Source: a virus. From it: 63,188 bases of DNA. A program made the translations under genes and the position numbers. Of the stretch, positions 51,401-59,978 are shown piece by piece. The first letter of the stretch is position 1; every line of letters begins with the position of its first letter. Under the pieces are notes generated by a model. It saw only the letters and a list, made by a program, of their open reading frames with translations. It was not told the DNA's origin and ran no database searches. Location: IMG/VR virus record IMGVR_UViG_3300045988_166537, one strand, 5' to 3'.

Positions 51401-54400
51401 TTAATGTACCATTCATACAATTAAGTGCAGTTGCTACTGCTGCTAATAATACAGTAATACTGATAATCCCTTTTGATAGATTATCGTCGGTTTCATCGCC
51501 CAAAGTGATAACCGCATTACTCACTATTGTTAGTGCCCCAGCAACCGCTAATAGGCCAACGCCTATTCCCAATATATTTTTGGGCATATTTTTTAGTGCT
51601 ATTGTAAGTGCTGCAAGCATTCCAGCAACACCCGCAAGTCCTTTGCCGATCTGCTCCCATTCCATATTGGAAAACTGCTTACATACATCGGCAACTATTT
51701 CCAAGCCGCCAGCTAATACTACTACCCCTAATGCACCAGCAGTCATTTTTGCACCATTGTTTGATAATTCTATTGATAATCCAACCAAAACAGCAAGTAG
51801 TGCTGATACACTGACAAGTCCTTTAGCAATTTCTTCCCAACTCATCGCACCAAAATCGCTACATACTGATGTAAGAATTTTCAAGGCCGCTGAAAGTAAT
51901 ATTATACCTACAGAGCCTTTTATCATCTTTGTCTCATTTTCGCTTAAAACCATCGACGCGGCAATAAGTCCACCTAATATAACGGTTATTCCAGTAAGCC
52001 CTCTAGCTAATTCATCCCAGCTTAAACCACTGATATTTACACATGCTGTCGAAAGTACCTTGATTGCTTCTGCTAAAAGCACTATACCAACGGACCCTTT
52101 TACCATCTTTGTATCGTTGTTTCCGAGAATAACAGAAACTGCGACTAACTCGCCAAGAAGAATGGTTACTCCACTCAACCCTTTACTTAGTTCTACCCAC
52201 GACAAAGATGACATTTTTTTCACCGCAGATGACAAAATTAATATCGCTGCGGACATTCCAACCATCAGGATCGCTGCTTTTCCGGCACCTGTATAGTCAC
52301 CATCTATTTTGTTGAATGTCCACATTGCTGCCATTAATTCCGTAGCCATAGTAGTTATGGCACCTAATGCTACAGCGAGTTTTTTAGGATTTATCAATGA
52401 CAAAACAACTATCGATGCTGTAAGAATTGCTATTGCAGACGCTATTGTAAGCAACGTCTTAGCTTTTAAGGTTTTCTGATACTCCTCAAAACATGCACGC
52501 ACAGAGTCTAAAACCGACGTTATTCCATTAAACATCTTACCTAATGATCCGAACATTCCTTTTGCGGAATTTGTCATACCAGACATATCTGATACAGCCT
52601 TCTTAACATTATTAACAAAAAGCAAAATACCAACTAATATTCCGGATATAACACTACTATCGAATATATCTAAAAAATGCTCAAAAGACGAATCAGCATC
52701 AACAAATCCGAAGGCATCCGCTAATGCAGTTCCGATTTTTTTACCAATCGATACTACTTTTTCACCTATTTTTGATCCAATATCCCAGACATTTTCGAGA
52801 AGTTTCAGAAAATCTTCAATTGTTGGAAAATGCATTTTAGTAGTAATTTTTTTTATAAATCCGCCGAATATATTTCCTATCTGAACTACCTTGTCCTTTA
52901 TCACTTCAAAAGATGGTAATTTAGCAATTTCTTTTATTCCATTGCCCAGTTTTTTCACATTAGTTATAATTTTCGCTATGTGTGGTAATACTGCGTCTAG
53001 TGCTTTTCCAACTGCATCGCTGACATTTACAGTTTCATGGAATTTTACCAAAAAATCACCGATTGTCGCAGTAACGGATAATATATCTATGTCAAAATAT
53101 TTTAATACTCCGCTGATCAACTTGAATGCGATTTTTAATCCGCCACTTGTTATATCGCTTACTATCTGAATAAGTGCAATAAAACCTTTTATAGTTCTCT
53201 TCAATTTATCAAATTTTTCATCGTTAATTACCAAATATTCTGATAAATCGCGAATACGTTCTATTAACTTATACACGACACTTTCTGTGCCGCTACCAGT
53301 CGACACAAACATTTCTGAAAAAGCCTGTTTGAATGCCTTAGCAACCTGCGTTGCACCTTTTACTGCATTCTGGAAAGACTCTATGAGAAGCTCTTTGCCA
53401 CTTGGTTTATTCAGGCTCGCTATCAGCTCACTAATCGGAGTACCTGTCTTTTCTGCCTGTGTTGCAAGATCTCGAAGTGTCTTTATCTGGTCTTTGGTAA
53501 GCCCCAATGTCTCTGCTTCTTTATCTGACAGACCTGCCATGGCCTCTGTGAGCTCATCTGCACTCAACGTGCAATCGGACCAATTATGCCCATTACGCTC
53601 CCAAACTTTATTAACCAAAGCCTGTACCTGGGCATAGTCGTAATTAGCTGCGGTGAGTGCCTTTATTCTTTCCTCACCATTACCAAAATCACCCCGAATG
53701 GTCTTTGACACAACATCGTTGAAGTATTCAACCTTATCGGTTATATCCTGTGTTGATTCAGATGCTTTGGATGTGACATTTGTAAGGCGCTTCAATGTAT
53801 CTATGATTAGGCCGCCTGACAGTTTTCCTTTTGCAAATATGTTCGCGAGTGAACCATACTTTTTCAGTAGTGCATCTACATTTATACCCTGCTCTTTAGC
53901 CACATCTTTGAGCTTTTCTGTAAATGTTTCTTCTGTTACTCCAGCTTCACCTATCTTATTCATGAGATTATCCCATTTTGAAGTTAAGTCACTGAACAGT
54001 GTTTTTGGATTGATCTTGTTTACCAATGTGTTTGCATAAGTAATCAACTTAGATACACCCTTGGATGCACTATCGACAAATGGTAATGTTATTTCCTTAA
54101 TATCGTTAATTTTTAATCTTATTGTATTGAGTAATTCAACTAATGGACCATTCTGCTTTATAAGTGGTTCATAGAAGTTTGCTCCTATTTTTGCCAGTGC
54201 CGATTTAACATTAGCAAAGGCGCCCTCTACAGTTTCATTAGCTTTCTTGGCATGCTGACCATACTCTTTGAACATTACTTCTGAGAAAGTATTAAAATCA
54301 ATCTCACCTTTTGATACTTTGTCTCGAATATCTGCTTCGGTAGTATTAAGCGCTTTAGCCAATGTTGCTGCGACATTCATACCACGACCAGAAAGCTGAA

Positions 54401-55037
54401 GTAACTGATCGCCCATCATCCTTCCCTGACCAGAAATTTGGGTATATATACGACCTATATCTTCGTAGCTACTTCCAGTCATTGCCGCCAGGCCGGATAT
54501 ACCTAACAATGCATGTTTCATGCCGTCACCAGCCCGCATACCAGAAGCCGCAAGCTGAGCTGCTACACCTGCCGCTGCATCAAGGCTATAAGCAGTTCCG
54601 GATACACCATAGTCAACATCGTCCATTATTGCTGCTACCTGTTTTGCATCATTATCCAACAATCCCATAAGCTTGAAGTTTGCCTGGTCAAGTTTCATGG
54701 CTCTGCTGAGACCGCCGCCTGATATAGCCTGCTCAACGAAGTTTTTTGCTTTGGTAACGGACGTCATGACAGTGTTTGTAAGGTTCTGCACAACCTGCAT
54801 TCCAGCTATACCCATAACTGAAAATCGCTTCCTGAGGTATTCGACATTCGATATGAGACTGTCAAATGACACGCTCTTGGCAGCGCTGTCTATAGCTTGA
54901 AAACTTTTCTCAGAACCTCTAAGCTGAAGTTTTTCTTTTAATCTATCCAATGATGTCATGGTTGTTTTGACATTAGTTTCAAAGTTTTTGTTGTCAAATT
55001 TCATCTCAACAACTTTTTCGTCGATTGTGTTACTCAT
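48498..55037 (-). CDS. Tail tape measure protein (2179 aa)
   Basis: Called on size, position and long hydrophobic/helical repeats. Trimmed to the ATG at 55037 (ATGA overlap with the upstream stop). Confidence 0.85.
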   Translation of the reverse strand: MSNTIDEKVVEMKFDNKNFETNVKTTMTSLDRLKEKLQLRGSEKSFQAIDSAAKSVSFDSLISNVEYLRKRFSVMGIAGMQVVQNLTNTVMTSVTKAKNFVEQAISGGGLSRAMKLDQANFKLMGLLDNDAKQVAAIMDDVDYGVSGTAYSLDAAAGVAAQLAASGMRAGDGMKHALLGISGLAAMTGSSYEDIGRIYTQISGQGRMMGDQLLQLSGRGMNVAATLAKALNTTEADIRDKVSKGEIDFNTFSEVMFKEYGQHAKKANETVEGAFANVKSALAKIGANFYEPLIKQNGPLVELLNTIRLKINDIKEITLPFVDSASKGVSKLITYANTLVNKINPKTLFSDLTSKWDNLMNKIGEAGVTEETFTEKLKDVAKEQGINVDALLKKYGSLANIFAKGKLSGGLIIDTLKRLTNVTSKASESTQDITDKVEYFNDVVSKTIRGDFGNGEERIKALTAANYDYAQVQALVNKVWERNGHNWSDCTLSADELTEAMAGLSDKEAETLGLTKDQIKTLRDLATQAEKTGTPISELIASLNKPSGKELLIESFQNAVKGATQVAKAFKQAFSEMFVSTGSGTESVVYKLIERIRDLSEYLVINDEKFDKLKRTIKGFIALIQIVSDITSGGLKIAFKLISGVLKYFDIDILSVTATIGDFLVKFHETVNVSDAVGKALDAVLPHIAKIITNVKKLGNGIKEIAKLPSFEVIKDKVVQIGNIFGGFIKKITTKMHFPTIEDFLKLLENVWDIGSKIGEKVVSIGKKIGTALADAFGFVDADSSFEHFLDIFDSSVISGILVGILLFVNNVKKAVSDMSGMTNSAKGMFGSLGKMFNGITSVLDSVRACFEEYQKTLKAKTLLTIASAIAILTASIVVLSLINPKKLAVALGAITTMATELMAAMWTFNKIDGDYTGAGKAAILMVGMSAAILILSSAVKKMSSLSWVELSKGLSGVTILLGELVAVSVILGNNDTKMVKGSVGIVLLAEAIKVLSTACVNISGLSWDELARGLTGITVILGGLIAASMVLSENETKMIKGSVGIILLSAALKILTSVCSDFGAMSWEEIAKGLVSVSALLAVLVGLSIELSNNGAKMTAGALGVVVLAGGLEIVADVCKQFSNMEWEQIGKGLAGVAGMLAALTIALKNMPKNILGIGVGLLAVAGALTIVSNAVITLGDETDDNLSKGIISITVLLAAVATALNCMNGTLSGSAALLVASAALAILCPVVKAFGDMKLTEIGKSLLMLAGVFTVLGVTGLLIAPVVPGLLLLGASLTLIGVGAIACAAGLLLVATSISTLAVTGATQATAAIGAISVFVSGLTSLIPDILAGIGDCAVAIAECFYKLIVAGLNTLIEYAPQIVSLVISLLVKILDTLSEHIPELVTSVVNFFASLFQSVIDALKTIDTETLINGIAGIGLLTALMVALAACALLAPAAMVGVVAVGVVIAELTLVISAIGALAQLPGLKWLLSEGAEILPMVGNAIGGFLGALIGTFAEYATDHLPNIATNLSDFITNLAPFIDGLSTIEPTAMEGAKALAETLLLLTAASLLDSLAKFLGGGVDYDQLALDLAAYGDAVVAFSNATKGKVDGDSVTVAANAGKVLAELQKSIPRSGGWAQKIMGEKDMSAFSDGITAFGNAIVAFSNTIVQNGGVDKDAVDNAAKCGEIMAALNDKIPAQGGVWQCFIGEKNLSTFGANLKDFGGALVDFSNIVAGKTDKGSLDKDAVDNAKRIGDMMVSLNNTVPTSGGIVDWFVDSNSLGSFGENIVSFGNALVGFSNSVSGKISDDAVNAADNAGQMMVNLQKQISGLNDDSFDCLDSLGSALETWGSHLNNYSANISGVDTDQLGTVTDEISTLYSFVEKMTTFDADGLSQFTASLNDIGTISLDNFVNAFGDAGDKASSVITTFIDNMINKVNGRKQKWENAGSSAMIVFKKGISNKSGEVASAAGTVADDSVNKVADYKDNFYKVGGYLMEGMALGIDDNADKAVKAVRRMANRLPQIARIVLQIHSPSKVFDRLGQYLPEGMANGVIRGGQSVYSAISNISNTVIDKAGTVMSMISDALNLDLDYEPTITPVVDMGNVTSSMDAINSMLNRNPLMFTGVGSGTIDMIANRRNNQNVNSDVIDAIDRLAKNINQTPGNTYNVNGITYDDGSNIASVVEQLVRAAVVERRA

Positions 55038-55417
55038 CCGCTTATCACATCCTTCCATGCATCATTTGCTATTTGGTCAAAAATAGGCTGGATAGCAGGA
55101 TTGATATAATCTCTTCCTTCTACCCAGCCCCCAGTACCGGTTCCGTGCCCGTATTGTAGTATCACAGCTATTGGAACCCCTTCATTCACATTTGAATTTA
55201 AAAAAGAGATTGTAGCTGTTCCGTTCTGGTTTTCTATCTTGTAATACCATGAGTTGGCGGTTTCTCCTGAGTCCACAGGTGTTGCTGAAGCCAATGCTTC
55301 TACCCCAGCTCTGCCATACTTGTTGAGCTTTCCAAGATGTATTCCTTCTTTGGCTCGTTCAAGAAAACTCGTAAGTTTTGAGAAGTCGCCTTTCTGCTTA
55401 AACTGAATAGCACTCAT
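55034..55417 (-). CDS. HK97 gp10-like protein (127 aa)
   Basis: 'GVEALASATPVDSGETANSWYYKIE' resembles the gp10-family motif. Its position just before the tape measure is unusual. Confidence 0.45.
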   Translation of the reverse strand: MSAIQFKQKGDFSKLTSFLERAKEGIHLGKLNKYGRAGVEALASATPVDSGETANSWYYKIENQNGTATISFLNSNVNEGVPIAVILQYGHGTGTGGWVEGRDYINPAIQPIFDQIANDAWKDVISG

Positions 55418-55434
55418 ACAATCCCCCTATCTGG

Positions 55435-55983
55435 TCACCCCTTCGTGTGCCATTTTCTTTTTCTTTCTGCATTCAGCTTTGCATAGTAATTCAGAGTCTC
55501 TGCTTCCGACCGTTTTTTCTGTGGTTTGTTCTCTTCCTCGAATATCTTGAGTAATGTCATTAGTCGATTGAGGTGCCATTTCTCGCATTCAATGGGAACA
55601 CCAAGACTAAACATGCAGAAATATAAATACTCTGATGTTATGAACTTGCTATTATGTTTTTTGGTCGTAGTCATTTCATTGAATGTTGTTGCGGTCATGG
55701 GGTCATTAATATAAGAAGAGATTTCTTCTATATTTCGCTGAGATAAAGCGAGAAACACTGAATCTTTCACATTTTTTGTGATTGTCATGCATTTGAAATA
55801 GTCAAGTATTTCTGTTGCCGAGTGCTGAAGTTTTGGGTCGAGATACGCTTTGTGATGCTTCTTTTCCCATTTTGAAAGTGACACCAAGGAGTGCTCCATC
55901 TGTATCGTGGTTTCTGGAATCCACAAAAACTGATTTGTATTCTCATTGAATACTTCAGTTTTTGGTACGGTAATCTGAAGCAC
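55435..55983 (-). CDS. Tail assembly chaperone-region protein (182 aa)
   Basis: GTG start at 55983 after GAGGGGTGA. It lies between the tail tube and the tape measure. Confidence 0.5.
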   Translation of the reverse strand: MLQITVPKTEVFNENTNQFLWIPETTIQMEHSLVSLSKWEKKHHKAYLDPKLQHSATEILDYFKCMTITKNVKDSVFLALSQRNIEEISSYINDPMTATTFNEMTTTKKHNSKFITSEYLYFCMFSLGVPIECEKWHLNRLMTLLKIFEEENKPQKKRSEAETLNYYAKLNAERKRKWHTKG

Positions 55984-56000
55984 TCTGGATCACCCCTCTA

Positions 56001-56432
56001 TTACATGCTTGCTAATACGTTTGCCGTATTATTCGTAGCTGTTTTTTTCATTTCCTCTGACACCTTTTTAGGCATGATACCGTTTATAAAAGCTGCCCCT
56101 GCCTCGTCATTAGTAGCCAGCTCCATAAAAAGCTGATCGTACATTGGTGTCGCAATAAAATTAAGATAAAGCGGATTTCCTTTCTCATCTGTCTTACGGA
56201 ATGACTTACCATCTGGGGCAAGCTCGCCATATGATTTGCAGATAACCTCCTTGAACACCTTGATAATCTCGGTGGTGTCCTTTGCATCTACAATCTTCTG
56301 AAGGAGCTTATCTAAACCACCCTTTTCTGAAAGTGTCATCTCTGTAAGCTCTGCTTCGCTTAGGTGGAAGTATTCATCCTGCTTGATCTTGTTTCCTTCG
56401 TAATCTTCATATTCAAATGTCTTCTTTAACAT
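56001..56432 (-). CDS. Tail assembly chaperone (143 aa)
   Basis: It lies immediately after the major tail gene and is acidic. The call rests on synteny. Confidence 0.5.
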   Translation of the reverse strand: MLKKTFEYEDYEGNKIKQDEYFHLSEAELTEMTLSEKGGLDKLLQKIVDAKDTTEIIKVFKEVICKSYGELAPDGKSFRKTDEKGNPLYLNFIATPMYDQLFMELATNDEAGAAFINGIMPKKVSEEMKKTATNNTANVLASM

Positions 56433-56517
56433 ATTGTTTCCTCCTTAATAAAAAGTCCCCAACACATCTGATCTGACATGCTGGGGGCTACAAAAATTCA
56501 TTATTGCAGACAGAACA

Positions 56518-57189
56518 CTATGCTGCCTGTGCTTCTGTGATGATCTGTGCGATCTCGTCTGGAAGTGGGAGTCTTGGATCTGTGGTCGCATCGCCGTAAA
56601 GAACCTTCTCGATAGCTGCCATAGCTGCCTCTCCAACATCAACACTTGAGATCTCAAGGTATGCTGTAGACTTACTGCCCGTTACAGCAACTGGTGTTGT
56701 TGAAAGCTCATATGACATTGTAGATGCCTCTGGGCTCTCGTTTGTTGATGAGTGAGTCTTGGATGATGGCTTTGCCACTGCTCCATAGATAATATGGATC
56801 TTGTATCCATATTCATCCTTCTTGGTATCGTTTCCCAGGATTGTCTGGTAAGTCATACCAAATGTCTTTCTGTCCTGCTGACGGATTGTTACACCCTTTG
56901 CAATTGTTTTCTTACCATCACAGGCATCAAACTCATCTGGTGTGGTATAACACTCAACTGTAGCTCCGAAGTCCTCTGCTGAATACAGTGAAAGATACTT
57001 CTGATTATCTGCATAGATCTTAGTCTCTTCTCCGCCTGATGGGTTCTCAGCTACTGAAGAAAGACCATTCCATGCTACTCCATTTGGGTATGCACCAGTT
57101 TCATCCTGAAGGTATAATCCACCCTTGGATACGCCTGTCTCATAAAACTTCTGTCCCATTGCATCCCAAACCATTGCTTTATTTGCCAT
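56518..57189 (-). CDS. Major tail (tube) protein (223 aa)
   Basis: Track ORF trimmed to the ATG at 57189 after AAAGGAGAT. 'GVSKGGLYL...GVAWNGLSSVAENPSGGE...YTTPDEFDACDG' matches the siphovirus tail-tube pattern. Confidence 0.7.
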   Translation of the reverse strand: MANKAMVWDAMGQKFYETGVSKGGLYLQDETGAYPNGVAWNGLSSVAENPSGGEETKIYADNQKYLSLYSAEDFGATVECYTTPDEFDACDGKKTIAKGVTIRQQDRKTFGMTYQTILGNDTKKDEYGYKIHIIYGAVAKPSSKTHSSTNESPEASTMSYELSTTPVAVTGSKSTAYLEISSVDVGEAAMAAIEKVLYGDATTDPRLPLPDEIAQIITEAQAA

Positions 57190-57205
57190 AGTTTTATCTC
57201 CTTTT

Positions 57206-57508
57206 CTAACAATATAGTGTGAATACGTTGTGATGAAGGTTAGACGCCCGATAATGCCTGTCATGGGTGCAGTAAGGCACCTCAAGCAGTTTTTCTACCA
57301 CCGGAATATCTGGATCTTTGGAAATCACAACTATTTCATAGCAATAAAAAACGGAGTAATTTGAGTTGTCAGCTCTTTTACTCCGTATGTTTGTTCTTTG
57401 ATATCTAATTGCAGGATATGACATTTTTAACGTCTCAGGGGGTTCGTAATACACGTTCGTACTGCCCAATAACTCAACGAGTAGGGCGTGCAGTTCAAGT
57501 CTGCTCAT
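57206..57508 (-). CDS. Head-tail joining / tail completion protein (100 aa)
   Basis: Called on position. 'VYYEPPETLKMSYPAIRY' is DUF3168-like. Confidence 0.45.
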   Translation of the reverse strand: MSRLELHALLVELLGSTNVYYEPPETLKMSYPAIRYQRTNIRSKRADNSNYSVFYCYEIVVISKDPDIPVVEKLLEVPYCTHDRHYRASNLHHNVFTLYC

Positions 57509-57827
57509 CTTCTGTATACACCTCCCCGATTGTCAAAAAAAGTCTAGGGTACTGAGAAGCATCAATCTTATCGACCTGCCACTTAGTACCCATATACTCT
57601 GCATATATGATGTTTGAGCAATTCTCAATGAGGCGTGGATCTGTCAGTATAGACAGGGTGACATCATACTTAATGTTCCTGTTAATACTCTCTCCAGATG
57701 ACTGCCTTCGATAATAATTATTCATAGCATCGCCATAATAATTACGGGCATATATCTTTTCTTCCCAGTACCCGGGTTTAGTCTCAACAGTTTTTGAATA
57801 CCCTATTTCACCATACCATTTAGCCAT
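57495..57827 (-). CDS. Head-tail joining protein (110 aa)
   Basis: It lies between the capsid and tail genes. Confidence 0.4.
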   Translation of the reverse strand: MAKWYGEIGYSKTVETKPGYWEEKIYARNYYGDAMNNYYRRQSSGESINRNIKYDVTLSILTDPRLIENCSNIIYAEYMGTKWQVDKIDASQYPRLFLTIGEVYTEDEQT

Positions 57828-57849
57828 TTTGAATTTCTCCTTATCTGAT

Positions 57850-58137
57850 CTACTCAGACTTAACTGTTGCCAGCTTAGCTGTGGTAGATGTAGTTGAATC
57901 TGTAGTTACATACGTAACTGTAGCAACATTTTTCTTAACCTCGCATGATACAGGGAGATACTGAATGCCTGTGGCATCAACAATAACCATTCCCTTGATG
58001 AATGCGTCCTGAAGATCTGTTGCATTGATCTTCTCAGTACAGTCTGCATCTGCATATGCAAATGTGTCAGCCGCCTTTGTATAAACTTTTCGTGCGGCTA
58101 CATTTGTATCTGTGGAATTCATGAAAATCTTATCCAT
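57850..58137 (-). CDS. Hypothetical head protein (95 aa)
   Basis: It lies immediately downstream of the capsid gene. Confidence 0.4.
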   Translation of the reverse strand: MDKIFMNSTDTNVAARKVYTKAADTFAYADADCTEKINATDLQDAFIKGMVIVDATGIQYLPVSCEVKKNVATVTYVTTDSTTSTTAKLATVKSE

Positions 58138-58160
58138 TTCTGTATTCTCCTTTCATCGAC

Positions 58161-59978
58161 TTAGGCTACTGGCTCCTCGAGAGCGATAGCTGAGTATGGC
58201 TTTGTGAGGGCTCCTGATATACGTGTCTCAAGCAGGTACTTGTATCTGTTGAAGTCAATATCGAAATCATCAAACTTTGTAACCTCGCCGCCCTTTGTAG
58301 CACCAAATGTGTAATCTGTAAGATTTACAAAGATGCCAAGGAGCTTATGCTTCTTAGACTTATCATCAACTCTAGTGAGTCCCTCAAACTGCTCTACGGT
58401 ATGGATCTCGTTTACGTTGAGTGCTGCTGCAAGATCGGCCTTTGAACTGTAGATTCTTCTACCATTCAGATCTCTTGCAAGGAGCATTACGTTGAGTGCA
58501 TGTGGTGTGCAGTAGTAATCTGGTGTACCGGATCCCTTGAACTGCTCTCTTGAGTACAGGGCAGCCTCGATAAGTGCCTCAGCGTAAATATAATTCTCAC
58601 TGAAGTTAGCACCTGTGTTTGTACCCTGGAGCTTAGTCTTAGCGGCTGCAAAATCAACATCCTTCTTGATACAGTACAGCTCGTCATCATGCCAAATCGA
58701 TCTGATATGATCTTCATGGATCTTATCAGGATCACCGTCATCTCTGCCGTCACCGACAAGTGCTGCCAGAGCAAGAGTCTCGTCAAGAGAATGTCTCATA
58801 AGATTCCACTGATACGAAACTACATCGAAATCTGTGATGTCAGCTATGTCATCTCTCTGAAGCTCGTCCTTGATGTACACTGTCTGTGGATCTGTTGTTC
58901 TGCTAAGCAACTTAATCTGATTACCATCTGTCTTGTAGTCACCCTTCTTCTGATAACCCTGTGAAAGGGCCTTCTGTCTTGCATCAGCGTTTCTTGTCCT
59001 GATTCTGGTAAAAGGCGCCTTATGAATCTTGCTCATTACAGCGCCAATCCATGTCTGATCTCTCTCAAGAGTATCTGGCTCACCCTTCTTAATAAGTTCA
59101 AACTCTGGAAAGAGCTGCTCGACATCCTCATCTGCGAAAGCTCCATGTGCAAGAGTATCCTTGTGCTCTGCAACATAGTCTTTAAGTGCCTGTCTGAATG
59201 ATCCAACATTACTCTGCTTTGCAGCCTTGATAATTGCTACCTCGTCTGAATGAGTAAGCGCTGTTCCCTCAGACATCTCTGCCTGATCGAATACGTTATG
59301 CTTGATTGTTCCCATTTCTCCATCTCCTTCTTTATTATCTTTTTTTGCCTGAGAAACTGCTGTTCCAACTAAGAAATCAACAACTTTCTTCTGCTCTTCA
59401 TTTAATGTGTTATAAACATCCTCTACAGTCTTGTCGTCATCAGACTTACCTTCTGACTGCTCTGGCGTCTTTGTGTCCTTGTTATCCTCCACTGTTTTCT
59501 CCTTTTCTGTCTTGTCGTCTGAGTGATAGAGCACTAAACCTGCAACATCGTAATTTGCAACGAACGCATCGTCTTCTCCATCACCATGTGCTATTGCCCA
59601 ATCGATAGTTGCCCCCGGATTAGCCCCTGCTAATACCAGGCTCAATTCCCTGATGATTCCGTGAACCACATTAGATCCTGCATGTTTCAACTTGTTCGCG
59701 TATATAGACAGAGACCTTACATCCCCATGCTTAACTAATTCCTTTGCGCGCTGTCCTTCCTCGGTGTTATTGAAGACACCGTACGCATACACACCATCTT
59801 CTCGGTTTTCGAGTACGGCATGTCCTAATACAGAATTCACCGAATCATGATCATGGTTCCAGACAATAGGAACTGTCACACCATCCTGATCTTTAAACGC
59901 GTCTTTCTTTATGGTTCGACCATCACTACACACAAGATCATTTCGTGTAGCCCAACCACCAAAATCGTATTTACCCAT
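58161..59978 (-). CDS. Prohead protease (HK97 / S78-like) fused to an HK97-fold major capsid protein (605 aa)
   Basis: The N-terminus 'VPIVWNHDHDSVNSVLGHA...LSIYA...IRELSLVLAGANPGA' is protease-like. An acidic linker is followed by a roughly 330-aa capsid-like C-terminus. The gene follows the portal gene. Confidence 0.7.
   Translation of the reverse strand: MGKYDFGGWATRNDLVCSDGRTIKKDAFKDQDGVTVPIVWNHDHDSVNSVLGHAVLENREDGVYAYGVFNNTEEGQRAKELVKHGDVRSLSIYANKLKHAGSNVVHGIIRELSLVLAGANPGATIDWAIAHGDGEDDAFVANYDVAGLVLYHSDDKTEKEKTVEDNKDTKTPEQSEGKSDDDKTVEDVYNTLNEEQKKVVDFLVGTAVSQAKKDNKEGDGEMGTIKHNVFDQAEMSEGTALTHSDEVAIIKAAKQSNVGSFRQALKDYVAEHKDTLAHGAFADEDVEQLFPEFELIKKGEPDTLERDQTWIGAVMSKIHKAPFTRIRTRNADARQKALSQGYQKKGDYKTDGNQIKLLSRTTDPQTVYIKDELQRDDIADITDFDVVSYQWNLMRHSLDETLALAALVGDGRDDGDPDKIHEDHIRSIWHDDELYCIKKDVDFAAAKTKLQGTNTGANFSENYIYAEALIEAALYSREQFKGSGTPDYYCTPHALNVMLLARDLNGRRIYSSKADLAAALNVNEIHTVEQFEGLTRVDDKSKKHKLLGIFVNLTDYTFGATKGGEVTKFDDFDIDFNRYKYLLETRISGALTKPYSAIALEEPVA

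Noticed and set aside
51316-52296. 326-aa plus-strand ORF, with others at 49642..50079, 50545..51000, 53653..54039 and 43884..44564
   Set aside because: They are antisense to the tape measure and fibre genes and have no SD. Their translations are low-complexity, Ser/Pro/Ala-rich mirror images of the repeats on the coding strand. I treat them as shadow ORFs.
55984-56000. Programmed -1 frameshift between the two tail chaperone ORFs
   Set aside because: The ORFs do not overlap and I saw no slippery heptamer at the end of the first. The second has its own SD and a GTG start.
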